Source: Rhina ancylostomus
Taxonomy: Eukaryota
DNA: 64,000 nucleotides
Direction: 5' to 3'
Assembly: GCA_030265395.1 (NCBI GenBank)
Contig: JARFYF010000053.1
Span: 36,303,724 to 36,367,723 of the forward strand
In this document: positions 56,901 through 64,000 of the stretch, piece by piece
Numbering within the stretch: the first letter of the stretch is position 1
How the letters are laid out: every line of letters begins with the position of its first letter
Made by a program: the position numbers and the translations under genes
The notes under the pieces: generated by a model
Told to the model about the DNA's origin: nothing
What the model saw: the letters and a program-made list of their open reading frames with translations, nothing else
Databases searched by the model: none

Positions 56901-59900
56901 TAGTATAATTAATGGAATTCACTTGGCGATTTCAGAGGATATTAACACGTGGAAGGTTTTCTTTAGGGTCCAGAGGTATATGCAGGGCAGAGTGAACGAG
57001 TTTAACAGAGATATATTTTATAAAAAAACAGAATTAATTCTGAACCTAATTTACAATTATTAATTTATTCTCAATTATTAATAATAAATGTTATTCTGGT
57101 TTTATGTTATTTCCTGTTATTTATATATCCCAGTTTCCCCTGTTGGTAGCTCCATCGTCGTAAAGTCATAGAGCCGTACAGTTATGTAGCACGGAAGCAG
57201 TCCTTTTGCCCCAACTCGTCTATGCTGATCCAGAAGCCTTCGGTGAGTAATCTAGATCTATAGATCATTGCAATTGCAACAAACAATCTGCAGCATGGGA
57301 TCTTTAAAAAAGAGCAACGCGACTGTCCTTATGATCAAAATGTAGGGAAGTGTAGGGAGGAATTTGAAATCATCTTCGGGAGAGAATTTAGGATTGTGGG
57401 GTCTGAATTGTACCCACACAAAGCTCTTTAGTTAGCAGTGTATGAATGAATGCAGCGGATAGTGTGGCAAGTATTCAGTCGTTTAAACGGTGCTAGATAC
57501 CAGAAAAATATATAGGCAAGACATAATGCCTAGTTTGCACATATGCACAAACTTCTGATGTTCTCTAAGTTCCGAAGCTGATGACAGTCATACAAATAGT
57601 TACGAATGGAAATGCACATGTCAATTTGCAGATAGCATCAATGCAATCAATTCAACTCAGCTTTTTCTGATGATGATAATTCAGAAGTATACACCAGGAA
57701 GTCCACTTTAATATCTCCATCGTTTCTCTTGAATGTAATATTATGAGGTGTTTTAACACATGATTCTGATGGCCGGCTGAAACCGTGATACCAGTTCTCT
57801 GCTGGATTGCATGTTCACAGGAACGATTGGGTTAGGAAGTGAATGCATCATAGTAATTACGTTTTTTCTTTAGCAGTTGGAAATAAGGGGCGATCCTTAT
57901 TATAGTGGCTGCTGTTACCCCCTGTCCCGAACAAAAGGGAAAACAATGGCGACGTAAATAGGACATAACGTACAAAGACAGGTCAGTTGGTCCATCCTGC
58001 CCACGGCGGCATTTCTGTTCTTTTTGAACCCTCTGCCACTTTTTATGATTTAAAGATATGAGTATATGCTGTTTTCCTTTCATTCCTCATTTTCATGCAC
58101 AGCCTTCTCTGAAGTATATCCACGCGATTTGATGCAATCTCACCACTTTATATTTGTTATCTGCTCAAATTTATGACAGACTTGGTTTTACTTACTTTTT
58201 TCTGCTCTGTTCAGACTTTGTTCTGCAAAATAATACACGCACATTATTGGAAATACAAAGAACCTACACGGAAAGGGAAAACACTGAAATTATTTCATCG
58301 CAGTAATTCATACGAAATTATCCATCTTACTCCAATGCTCTCGCATTTTACTTATGTTCCCATGACGGAATTCAGATATATTGGTTCAAGATAAGCTTAT
58401 TTTGTCCGGGTTTCGCTGTCATACTGATAGTCCTGTGTACTTGCAACGATAATATTCAGATACAAAATAAACAGAAAAAAGATACAATGGATCACACAGT
58501 AGCTACCCATTGCAAACAAGTTTCTTTGTCATACAACTCCCCAGTACATGCTGGAAGCACTCAGCAGATCAGGTAACATTCTACAGAAAGAGGAAGAAAG
58601 TTACGCATCAGATAAGATATTTTTCGTCAAAACAGGGACAGAGAGATTAGAAATGTGTTTTAGTTGCAGAAAGTGGCCGGAAGGGATGGATCAGATAGAG
58701 TGCATTTCTGATTTCGTGCGGGGACAGATCAGATGGATTAATGGAACAGGTTGAGGGTGGTTACTGATTTTTCTACGTCATGTGTCATTAATTTTAGCTC
58801 TCTGAGCCTTCTAAACAGATCATACTGTAATAATGGATAGCTAAAATGTGGACCAATATCACAGCTGGATGACCTTCAGTGGAAATGTTTAGTTTCACTA
58901 TAGACAGAGAAAGCGAGTTACCCCAACAGCTGGAAAAATGTCTATGTCTCTGTTACTTAGGCTACAGATCAATTTAGATAACGAAGAGCCATTTGCATTG
59001 AATGGAAGGGGAAAGAGACTGAATGGTCTTCGTATTTGTGCAGCCTTCGTATATTGATCATCACCCGTACGTTGCTTTCGTGGCAATAGATACAGGGCGT
59101 ATTATCAAACAATTTAAAAGTTATTTTGTGCTGGAACTAATCTTCAAGATGATTTCATCTCATTCCAATGGATTTCGAGACTGGTTGCTCTTCTTTCTGT
59201 ACAGACATTAGAAGGTTATCTTTTTAAATACTGCAATCAGATTTCTTAAAAATCTTGGTCAGATCAAGAAAACCGGCTCTTTTGTAATCCAAGAGAGAAG
59301 ACCCAATTTTGTAAAGATGCTCTAAAGCTGCCTAATTGATTGAAGAACTGCCGTCTTATTTTCTCCATTCAGCAGAAGTTGTTTCCAAGAAAGATGGTAT
59401 TTTTAAACTACTTTTTAAGATGCAGGACCTGGTGCAACTGGGATTGGAGAAACATTATATCAATATATCGTTTTTCTAAATTATTTCTTGAATGTTTTAC
59501 AATCATCCGCGCTATTAAACGATACCATTCCTCCATGTCACACAATGATGAACTTCCTTTTCCATTTTCGACATTGATTCTACACGTCAATATTCACGGT
59601 TGGTGGAAATGTCATACGGCTTGTCTGGAAATGTCTCAGAAATGTATTACCACCATTAATCATTCTACACTTCAACCGCCTTTTGCAGTAAGTAACCAAT
59701 GGTACTTCAGTTTTTTACCAGTAGTTCTGCAATGAATCAAGTCCATTTAACATCCACACTGCTGAATATTCTAAGCTGCATTCTAGTATATTTCTGCTGC
59801 AGGCTTCCAAAGGTATCCTTTCTGGCACGTTCCACTTAAAAGGAATGCAACATATCAGAAACTGCTTATCCTAAAGGTAATGTAACTAAAATAACCAGTC

Positions 59901-62900
59901 GCTGCCTCATAAGCCAGAAACTCACTGAAATTTAAAATACTGTACTTTGTTTTTTCATTTCTCTGCTAACTTCAAATGATATCATTTCCAGCTTAACATC
60001 TGCGGTTCATATTGTTTTGGCTTCGTACTGACTCAATTATCAGCAACACTTCATCCTGTGAGAAACTCCAATCTTCGTTTGGATGCAAGATCTAAAAACA
60101 CCACTGTGTTGAGCTCCGTTGAATATATACACGAGTTAGACAAACAAGTCAATTTTGTACTCACCCCGATCGTAAATATTATTTTTCAATGTTTCTAGTT
60201 CTGCAAGAGATAAATAAAATTAATATAAATGCTAAGTGTTGAACTTGACTCAATGCAGCACCTTTCAAAATGATAGGAATATTTTCTCGTGTTGGCCACG
60301 ATGTTAACGGGCCATATTAGATCTATCATCTATTTTTCATCTCTCGTGATTTCAGCATTATTTCCATGACTCCAGTGGCTATTGCAAACTTACTCTCCGG
60401 CAAGCTCAATTCAGTAACCTATGCCTTTGTCACCCAAAGAAGTTTCAGTTGGGAAAAAGATCCGATTTTCAGATATTTTACTTGATTTAGCAATACTCGA
60501 ATTCACAGAATTCCGAAACCTGCAGGAACTCATTAGTTCAGTGGACTTGAAAATCCGCCATTAACATATTTGAAAAATGTTATTATGAGCAATATCCAAA
60601 CTCGTATATTACTTCCCTAACTCAGAATACACGTAGATAAGTGAGTTGATTAAAACGGAGAAAGAGGAACTCGGAATTGCAAAGAATAATGTTGAGTTGG
60701 TCTAAGATGACTATAGCTATTAAAATGTCTCGGAGTTATCTTCCGAGCCTTTCCAAGCTAAGACTAATGAGTCATTGTGCCGAGTGTCAGGCAATATAAG
60801 ATTTACTGTTATTTTGAGTGTCGGTGGCATTGTTGAGTCATAACAACTATGGACAAGAATTAATCCACAATTTGAAAAGATAAAGTGGAAGGATGATTTA
60901 TGCTTTTCGCGCTTTTTATGGCGCATTTTCTTCAAATTGCAGAAAATTAAGAACATCGTGCCATCGTCTGGAAATTATGGGTGCTCATTTATGCACAGAA
61001 TTGCCTCATAAGTATCACGATGGCATTTCGAACACTAAATATATGTCTGTCAGCTGTTGCTGTTGATGGAATAATCCTGTCCTTGTAATAGCTAACTGAA
61101 ATGGAACTTCATTTGCCTTATAATATCCATAATTTTCTCACATATCTGTTTTAAATTTGTTCTCAAACACATTGCTCCCGCGAGAACAACAAGGACCGTA
61201 CCTATTCCAATATAATCATACAGCTGAACTTCTACTTCTGTCCAAAAATACCAATGATATCTTCCATACTGCCTTCAGTTTCTTCAGTTCATTTTTAAGG
61301 CGCTGCTTGTAGAATTTGACGCAAATATTGTCTTGAAAGTTTCAACACAGACTTCTTTTGTATTCTGTACGTACATGTATCAGAGTTAACACCTGGTCTT
61401 TCAACATAACTTGCCCGTTTAAATGACAAATATCCATATCTCCTTGAAGGTTCACGATCTTTCAGAATGCAAACTTTGTGTGATCTTTGAGCTTTAATCA
61501 GGTATATGGATGGCTCTGCTGAAAAGATTCTGAAGTTTTTTCTTCCATTATCACCTTTGATTTTGCTGGAAAGCTTTGTTTCTAAAATTAAAAGAAGATA
61601 TTCGAGTTACAATTATATTTACCAATCAGCTAACATGTACAAATAGACGTATGACCTTGTCAATAAATTTCGTAGCACTCCTTCGTCTATTAGTGCGAAA
61701 TATGGTCACGCTCAGTTCAATGTTCCACGAGTCCAAATGTGTCTCCACAGACTCTGTGAAATGCCAGGTGGTTTTTCCACTTGTCCTCTTCTTTTTCCAA
61801 TATCCTACGTTTATTTAATGCTGAAGTCTTGAGTTTTGTATACAAAGTCCAGAACTATCTCTGCTATGTTGTGAAGAAGTTGATACAAAAGGTCGATATT
61901 TGTCCAAGTTAATTTGGTCGCGTATTAGATTTACAAATAGTCTGATCATCGACCAAATTCACTGATTATCTTAATTATTGGTAAACAGTTTCATAGATGA
62001 AATAATGATTCTTGCAGATCAAATTGACAACAATTTGCACAAGTCTAATTAGATTAAGTAAAATAATATTTCATTAAATGCCTCATGGTTCGCGGTNNNN
62101 NNNNNNNNNNNNNNNNNNNNNNNNNNNNNNNNNNNNNNNNNNNNNNNNNNNNNNNNNNNNNNNNNNNNNNNNNNNNNNNNNNNNNNNNNNNNNNNNNNNN
62201 NNNNNNNNNNNNNNNNNNNNNNNNNNNNNNNNNNAGGGGAAGGAGCGTGTAAATTTTAACGTGTTGGGATTCATTGCCTTTGAAGACACTATATGTTTGA
62301 TGGCGGAGTTTGTGGACTTCACAGAAGTATCCGAATGAAACGTTGCTGGTTGAAGCTGAACACCAGCGAGGTAGGTGAACACTGCGTTCACTGTCGCCAA
62401 TTGCAGAGCGAATGACCGTAATGGCGAAGATTGTCTAAGAAATAATGGTACCCCTCTGGTATGTATATTAAAGCACTCTTTGGATTTTTTTTGTATCTGC
62501 ATCCTGTCACACAAGTCGAAAATAATGCATTGCATATACCTTGTAGACACTGTTTTATATGCCAACCCATGTCATTTATATATGAGATCATATCTAGCTA
62601 GAGGCCAAGGCTAACTGGATGCTCACCATCACACTTCTCCACCAAACGACTGAACATTTCCTGGCAAAATTCAGTTCAATATCTGTGAAAGATGTGAAAC
62701 TGCTCTGGCTGTAATTTTGCAAGGAAAAGAAATGTCTACGGCGTGGCGACTATGGCCCGGAAGGAAGAAAATGATTTAATCGTCATGTTAAGGTAGAGNN
62801 NNNNNNNNNNNNNNNNNNNNNNNNNNNNNNNNNNNNNNNNNNNNNNNNNNNNNNNNNNNNNNNNNNNNNNNNNNNNNNNNNNNNNNNNNNNNNNNNNNTA

Positions 62901-62949
62901 GAGATATACTCACCGTATTCAAGATTATCTTTCTTTACTTTTTCAAGCG
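1779..62949 (-). CDS. Spliced gene model (partial): long coiled-coil protein segment encoded by >=26 phase-1 micro-exons (798 nt, 266 codons); span includes introns; 5' end outside window, 3' end unresolved
   Basis: 26 AG..GT-bounded segments of 24/27/36 nt on one strand. They join without a stop into a heptad-periodic, E/K/L-rich peptide and are mutually similar. Family identity cannot be established from this window. Confidence 0.9.
3889..3915 (-). CDS. Micro-exon 25 (27 nt): EEEVREKDA
   Basis: ttgatttcacgttgcag|AAGAAG...GATGCAG|gtattg. Confidence 0.88.
5151..5177 (-). CDS. Micro-exon 24 (27 nt): DINKKGNVD
   Basis: ctgttttgtgattttag|ACATTAA...GTAGACG|gtaagt. Confidence 0.85.
5240..5470 (+). 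mobile_element. SINE-like remnant (V-SINE-type body)
   Basis: ...cctcacagcctaaagacgtgc...aggttcattagtc... resembles fish/shark SINE bodies from memory; not searched. A related copy lies on the minus strand at about 39870-40200. Confidence 0.45.
6817..6852 (-). CDS. Micro-exon 23 (36 nt): ELVKLKKSLLIA
   Basis: gttatatttacttag|AACTTG...ATTGCAG|gtgagg. Confidence 0.88.
7040..8850 (-). mobile_element. CR1-type LINE ORF2 fragment (decayed)
   Basis: Broken ORFs contain CR1 motifs: PLFKK..NKPGNYRPVSLMSVVGKLLE, GLIRDSQHG, LEYCVLLWS, QRKFTRMLPGLEDLSYRERL. Confidence 0.92.
8368..8472. repeat. Perfect 51-bp tandem duplication inside the CR1 fragment
   Basis: tgttctcaatacttttttgcctccgttccatagtctatatgtcgatttcca occurs at 8371 and again at 8422. 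Confidence 0.95.
9283..9309 (-). CDS. Micro-exon 22 (27 nt): ENNLEWKEK
   Basis: tatctctcttgttgcag|AAAATAAC...GAGAAAG|gtaact. Confidence 0.9.
11229..11264 (-). CDS. Micro-exon 21 (36 nt): EITALRKRLQEA
   Basis: tttcatatacttttag|AAATAAC...GAAGCAG|gtcagt; paralogous to exon 26. Confidence 0.9.
12727..12800. mobile_element. Start of an LTR-like repeat (same family as 41107-41398), running into an assembly gap
   Basis: TGTCAC..TGTTGATCC.GAGCAAACTCACAGAGAACCCAA.TGCGGCACAC.GATACAAGACTGGAGTCAGGA is near-identical to 41107-41180. Confidence 0.8.
13012..13705 (-). mobile_element. Rex1/Babar-type LINE 3' fragment
   Basis: KELVADFKKR..PVYINGAEVERVESYPFLGVNITNSLPWSNHVDAMAKKAYQCLYFL..LKKFGMSP; RTTRLKDSLYPTVIR. 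Confidence 0.88.
15205..15447. repeat. Degenerate (TG/TA)n low-complexity tract
   Basis: Alternating purine/pyrimidine TG-rich run. Confidence 0.75.
17590..18080 (+). mobile_element. CR1 LINE 3' end
   Basis: GDLMEVHKIMRDIDK...ESKTR.HG; typical CR1 tail. Further, older CR1 debris follows to about 18680. Confidence 0.85.
19692..19718 (-). CDS. Micro-exon 20 (27 nt): DEELREKDG
   Basis: ttttttgcgatgttgcag|ATGAAG...GATGGAG|gtgatg; paralogous to exon 25. Confidence 0.88.
21538..21561 (-). CDS. Micro-exon 19 (24 nt): DFSKCRID
   Basis: cttctaatctggtttag|ACTTTT...TTGACG|gtgagt; resembles exon 24 (both start AC and end GACG). Confidence 0.75.
21890..22910 (-). mobile_element. Decayed LINE (CR1/L2 clade) fragment
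   Basis: Minus-strand translation KAPVRDVMEYSPLAWIGAASTTLAELDTIE is a typical LINE ORF2 C-terminus. A related short piece lies at about 16770-17000. Confidence 0.75.
23857..23883 (-). CDS. Micro-exon 18 (27 nt): EETLHSKEK
   Basis: tgtgcttcccacag|AGGAAAC...GAGAAAG|gtaacg. Confidence 0.9.
24248..24360. repeat. (GAAA/GGAA)-rich simple repeat
   Basis: Purine-only tetranucleotide-like run. Confidence 0.8.
24740..24775 (-). CDS. Micro-exon 17 (36 nt): EKEDLSKNLKEL
   Basis: ttgattgaatttcag|AAAAGG...GAGTTGG|gtgaga. Confidence 0.85.
27436..27659. repeat. (GT)n microsatellite spanning a 100-N gap
   Basis: Direct observation. Confidence 0.98.
28090..29160 (-). mobile_element. Old CR1 LINE RT fragment
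   Basis: GPQIVTRYINDLAKGSECTVAISAGDTKI is a decayed form of the ...YINDL...KFADDTK RT motif. Confidence 0.75.
29491..29517 (-). CDS. Micro-exon 16 (27 nt): EESLLSTQT
   Basis: cttcccacatcttatgcag|AGGAATC...CAAACAG|gtaatg. Confidence 0.85.
29906..29932 (-). CDS. Micro-exon 15 (27 nt): ELEEKLKTA
   Basis: ttacttttattgcag|AATTGG...ACTGCAG|gtgaac. Confidence 0.85.
30820..31040. mobile_element. Two inverted Penelope-like terminal sequences forming an imperfect palindrome
   Basis: Left arm (..aactcagc..gtcaggcaacatc..gacagtcaatgtttcgggtcgaga) is mirrored by right arm (tctcaacccaaaacgtcgactg..gttgcctga..gctgatgagtt). Confidence 0.7.
31604..31630 (-). CDS. Micro-exon 14 (27 nt): DGQCVQKIK
   Basis: ttatcataaacag|ATGGAC...ATCAAAG|gtaaat; weaker acceptor, but its 3' end (AAAATCAAAG) is identical to exon 2. 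Confidence 0.75.
32227..32262 (-). CDS. Micro-exon 13 (36 nt): EFNKLKIRLDET
   Basis: tgtctttttttccctcag|AATTTAAC...GAGACAG|gtgaga. Confidence 0.9.
32340..33960 (+). mobile_element. Old CR1 LINE RT/3' fragment, interrupted by a gap and (CA)n
   Basis: FDKVPRGRFV and ESQPFIICVSDL motifs; CR1-like tail near 33700-33950. Confidence 0.7.
32902..32941. repeat. (AC)n microsatellite next to a gap
   Basis: Direct observation. Confidence 0.97.
35869..35895 (-). CDS. Micro-exon 12 (27 nt): DDKLRTKEK
   Basis: ctattatacttacag|ATGATAAG...GAAAAAG|gtatat. Confidence 0.88.
37111..37146 (-). CDS. Micro-exon 11 (36 nt): ELNNLNKDYTDI
   Basis: tctttttcttcctttcag|AGTTAA...GATATAG|gtgcgg. Confidence 0.88.
37828..39440 (+). 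mobile_element. Rex1/Babar-type LINE (RT region plus 3' end), frameshifted
   Basis: [40 protein letters not shown]; tttattgactacagctccgcctttaa (FIDYSSAFN); GRITNNDASEYRKEI..LNVRKTEELIID. Confidence 0.92.
40390..41500 (+). mobile_element. Old CR1 fragment hosting the LTR insertion at 41107-41398
   Basis: LLTIYMNILDK motif; the CR1-like tail resumes after the LTR (gggcacatga|tggagaagggaatt). Confidence 0.6.
41107..41398. mobile_element. Solo-LTR-like insertion with TGTCA...TGACA termini and 5-bp target-site duplication CATGA (internal gap)
   Basis: CATGA at 41102-41106 and 41399-41403; inverted termini; second copy at 12727. Confidence 0.85.
41569..41595 (-). CDS. Micro-exon 10 (27 nt): ESSLKTKTK
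   Basis: tcattttgtttcag|AAAGCAG...ACTAAAG|gtaggg. Confidence 0.88.
42140..43010 (+). mobile_element. Old CR1 RT fragment
   Basis: KSLRLDGMYPRNL; aactacaagtcagtcagtctg; ggtcagcatgaacttgttaagggaaaatcgt (decayed SQHGFVKGKSC). Confidence 0.75.
43861..44480 (+). mobile_element. Penelope-like element 3' part: GIY-YIG endonuclease C-terminus, pyrimidine tract and hammerhead-like tail
   Basis: 43861-44010 reads TSHSHTDMSFHGLLHCHVQAGRRLEEHHLIFCFRILQPDGLNIDFSNLR*, the E..hI..l....P.GLN end of GIY-YIG nucleases; CTGATGA core at 44351. Confidence 0.85.
46356..47098 (-). mobile_element. Probable solo LTR (about 740 bp)
   Basis: TGTTG...CAACA termini; minus-strand TATAAA (46775-46780) upstream of ATTAAA (46443-46448); GC-richer than flanks; no clean TSD seen. 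Confidence 0.7.
47994..48029 (-). CDS. Micro-exon 9 (36 nt): DVEKLRDNLQEA
   Basis: gatttctttttcag|ATGTGG...GAAGCAG|gtcagg. Confidence 0.9.
49260..49730 (+). mobile_element. Old CR1 3' end
   Basis: MGESRTKCH.L motif and CR1-like tail. Confidence 0.65.
49842..49868 (-). CDS. Micro-exon 8 (27 nt): EQRLGKKEK
   Basis: tttcttcattttgattcag|AACAAAG...GAAAAAG|gtaccg. Confidence 0.88.
51085..52370 (-). mobile_element. Old CR1 fragment(s)
   Basis: LDFQKIYDKVTHECLVCK...LAWIESGLTGMKQ is a decayed form of LDFQKAFDKVPH...WIE.WL..RKQ. Confidence 0.75.
53964..53999 (-). CDS. Micro-exon 7 (36 nt): EVGKLKDNLHDT
   Basis: cttgtctttctttag|AAGTTGGG...GATACAG|gtcaat. Confidence 0.88.
54599..54625 (-). CDS. Micro-exon 6 (27 nt): ELKLNKKEK
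   Basis: ttgtctttcatctag|AACTAAAA...GAAAAAG|gtaagc. Confidence 0.9.
55771..55806 (-). CDS. Micro-exon 5 (36 nt): SIGKLKDYIQDI
   Basis: cattttctactttatag|GTATAGG...GATATCG|gtgaga. Confidence 0.85.
55918..56455 (-). mobile_element. Relatively young CR1 3' end
   Basis: HLEYCVQFWSPRFRKDVQALEMVQRRFTWMLPGLESMYYEERLRELGLYSLERRKMSGDMIEVYKILRG. Confidence 0.92.
58196..58222 (-). CDS. Micro-exon 4 (27 nt): EQSLNRAEK
   Basis: tattattttgcag|AACAAAG...GAAAAAA|gtaagt. Confidence 0.9.
60165..60200 (-). CDS. Micro-exon 3 (36 nt): ELETLKNNIYDR
   Basis: ttttatttatctcttgcag|AACTAG...GATCGGG|gtgagt. Confidence 0.9.
61202..61237 (-). CDS. Possible extra or alternative 36-nt micro-exon: EVEVQLYDYIGI
   Basis: tatttttggacag|AAGTAG...GAATAG|gtacgg; right size and phase, but breaks the 27/36 alternation and fits the heptad poorly. 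Confidence 0.3.
61555..61581 (-). CDS. Micro-exon 2 (27 nt): ETKLSSKIK
   Basis: tcttcttttaattttag|AAACAAAG...ATCAAAG|gtgata. Confidence 0.85.
62914..62949 (-). CDS. Micro-exon 1 (36 nt): (A)LEKVKKDNLEY
   Basis: cttgtttatag|CGCTTGAA...GAATACG|gtgagt; first residue depends on the upstream exon, which is not in the window. Confidence 0.85.
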
Positions 62950-63479
62950 CTATAAACAAGTCGGAATTAATTGGTGATAACACTCGATCAGAAAACAACC
63001 CAGCTGGGAAATAACGCACCAGCCTTCTTAACTGTTTGCAGCATCTACATTTTTGCTTCTAGTGGCTGGTGTGCAAAACCACGAAGATACCATTTTATAT
63101 TTTTACATCAACATTTCTTAATTACTCGTCATTTATATCATGCGTTTTATTCCTGACAAAGTTTGCATATACCCACATTGTACTACATCAGTCCTGTACC
63201 TGCCGATACAATCTATATGTCTAAATCACGTTGACGTCTCAGGTCTATCTCTTCACAACTCCCACCCTGTTTAGTGGCAAAAGTAGAAATATTATATTCG
63301 GTTCTCTCATTCTTGTTTTTGATAGAAATTGAGGCAAGCTGGTACACAAGCCCAGTCACCGCAGCCACTACCCGTTGCCTCAAATAAGAACTACCCATTG
63401 ATTATTACCTGACAATTATATTTAATCCTTGCCAGTATATCTCCGCTGATCCAATGTGCTTTAATTTCTAGCTTTATTG

Positions 63480-64000
63480 TCCAATATTAGTGGCAGGGAG
63501 ATTATTGGATAGAATATCGGAAGGATTGTATTAAGATGCACGTGAGGAAGCAGGGATTATCAAACATATCCGGCATAGTTTTGTTAAAGGGAAGATCAGT
63601 CAGGCTAAATTGCTTTTTTTTTAGACGACGTGACTAATTGTGCGACGAAAATAGTGCACTTGATCTACTTCAGTAAGACTTTGACAAGGTCTCACAGGGA
63701 GATATGTCTGAAATTTAAGAGCCTATGGTGGGATTTTCCAGAGCAAATTTGGAAAATTGTTTCCGAGATTGGCTTGCTGAGCGGCAGCACAAGGTGACGG
63801 TCGAAACTGTGAACAGTTGTGCACCGCAGGGACTGCTACTGCGATCCCTGCAGATTTTTATATACATTAACCATTTATATTATTTTTCTTCATATCTATT
63901 ATTAGTCAGATCGCAGCTGAAACGGAAATTGGTGATGCTGAAACTGAGAAGGTCGTCTGAGAATATAGTACTATCTTGATGAGTAATTAAGATAGGCAGA
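63480..64000 (+). mobile_element. Old CR1 RT fragment
   Basis: ttcagtaagactttgacaaggtctcaca (FSK.FDKV.H); WLAERQHKV; APQGLLLRSLQIFIYINHL. Confidence 0.75.

Noticed and set aside
61620-61810. Minus-strand Walker-A-like IGKRR/TSGKTT, suggesting a viral or Polinton packaging ATPase
   Set aside because: Needs a frameshift, has no Walker B or extended ORF, and lies in the intron just upstream of micro-exon 2.

Overview
Vertebrate genomic DNA with N-gaps, probably from a cartilaginous fish (inferred from the CR1, Rex1/Babar, Penelope-like and SINE-like repeat content). None of the supplied ORFs is a real host gene: most are retroelement debris or noise. The main hidden signal is one minus-strand protein-coding gene that crosses almost the whole window. 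It is built from at least 26 micro-exons (11 x 36 nt, 14 x 27 nt, 1 x 24 nt; 798 nt over about 61 kb). All are bounded by AG/GT and all are phase 1-1. They splice into a stop-free 266-codon coiled-coil: (A)LEKVKKDNLEY-ETKLSSKIK-ELETLKNNIYDR-EQSLNRAEK-SIGKLKDYIQDI-ELKLNKKEK-EVGKLKDNLHDT-EQRLGKKEK-DVEKLRDNLQEA-ESSLKTKTK-ELNNLNKDYTDI-DDKLRTKEK-EFNKLKIRLDET-DGQCVQKIK-ELEEKLKTA-EESLLSTQT-EKEDLSKNLKEL-EETLHSKEK-DFSKCRID-DEELREKDG-EITALRKRLQEA-ENNLEWKEK-ELVKLKKSLLIA-DINKKGNVD-EEEVREKDA-EITALKRKLLET. Each 27+36 nt exon pair encodes 21 aa, which is three heptads. The 5' end lies beyond the right edge and the 3' end is unresolved, so I cannot name the gene. The introns hold decayed LINEs, two LTR families (one copy with a clean 5-bp TSD) and Penelope-like 3' ends carrying hammerhead-ribozyme relics. 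All exons were found by eye, and repeat boundaries are approximate.
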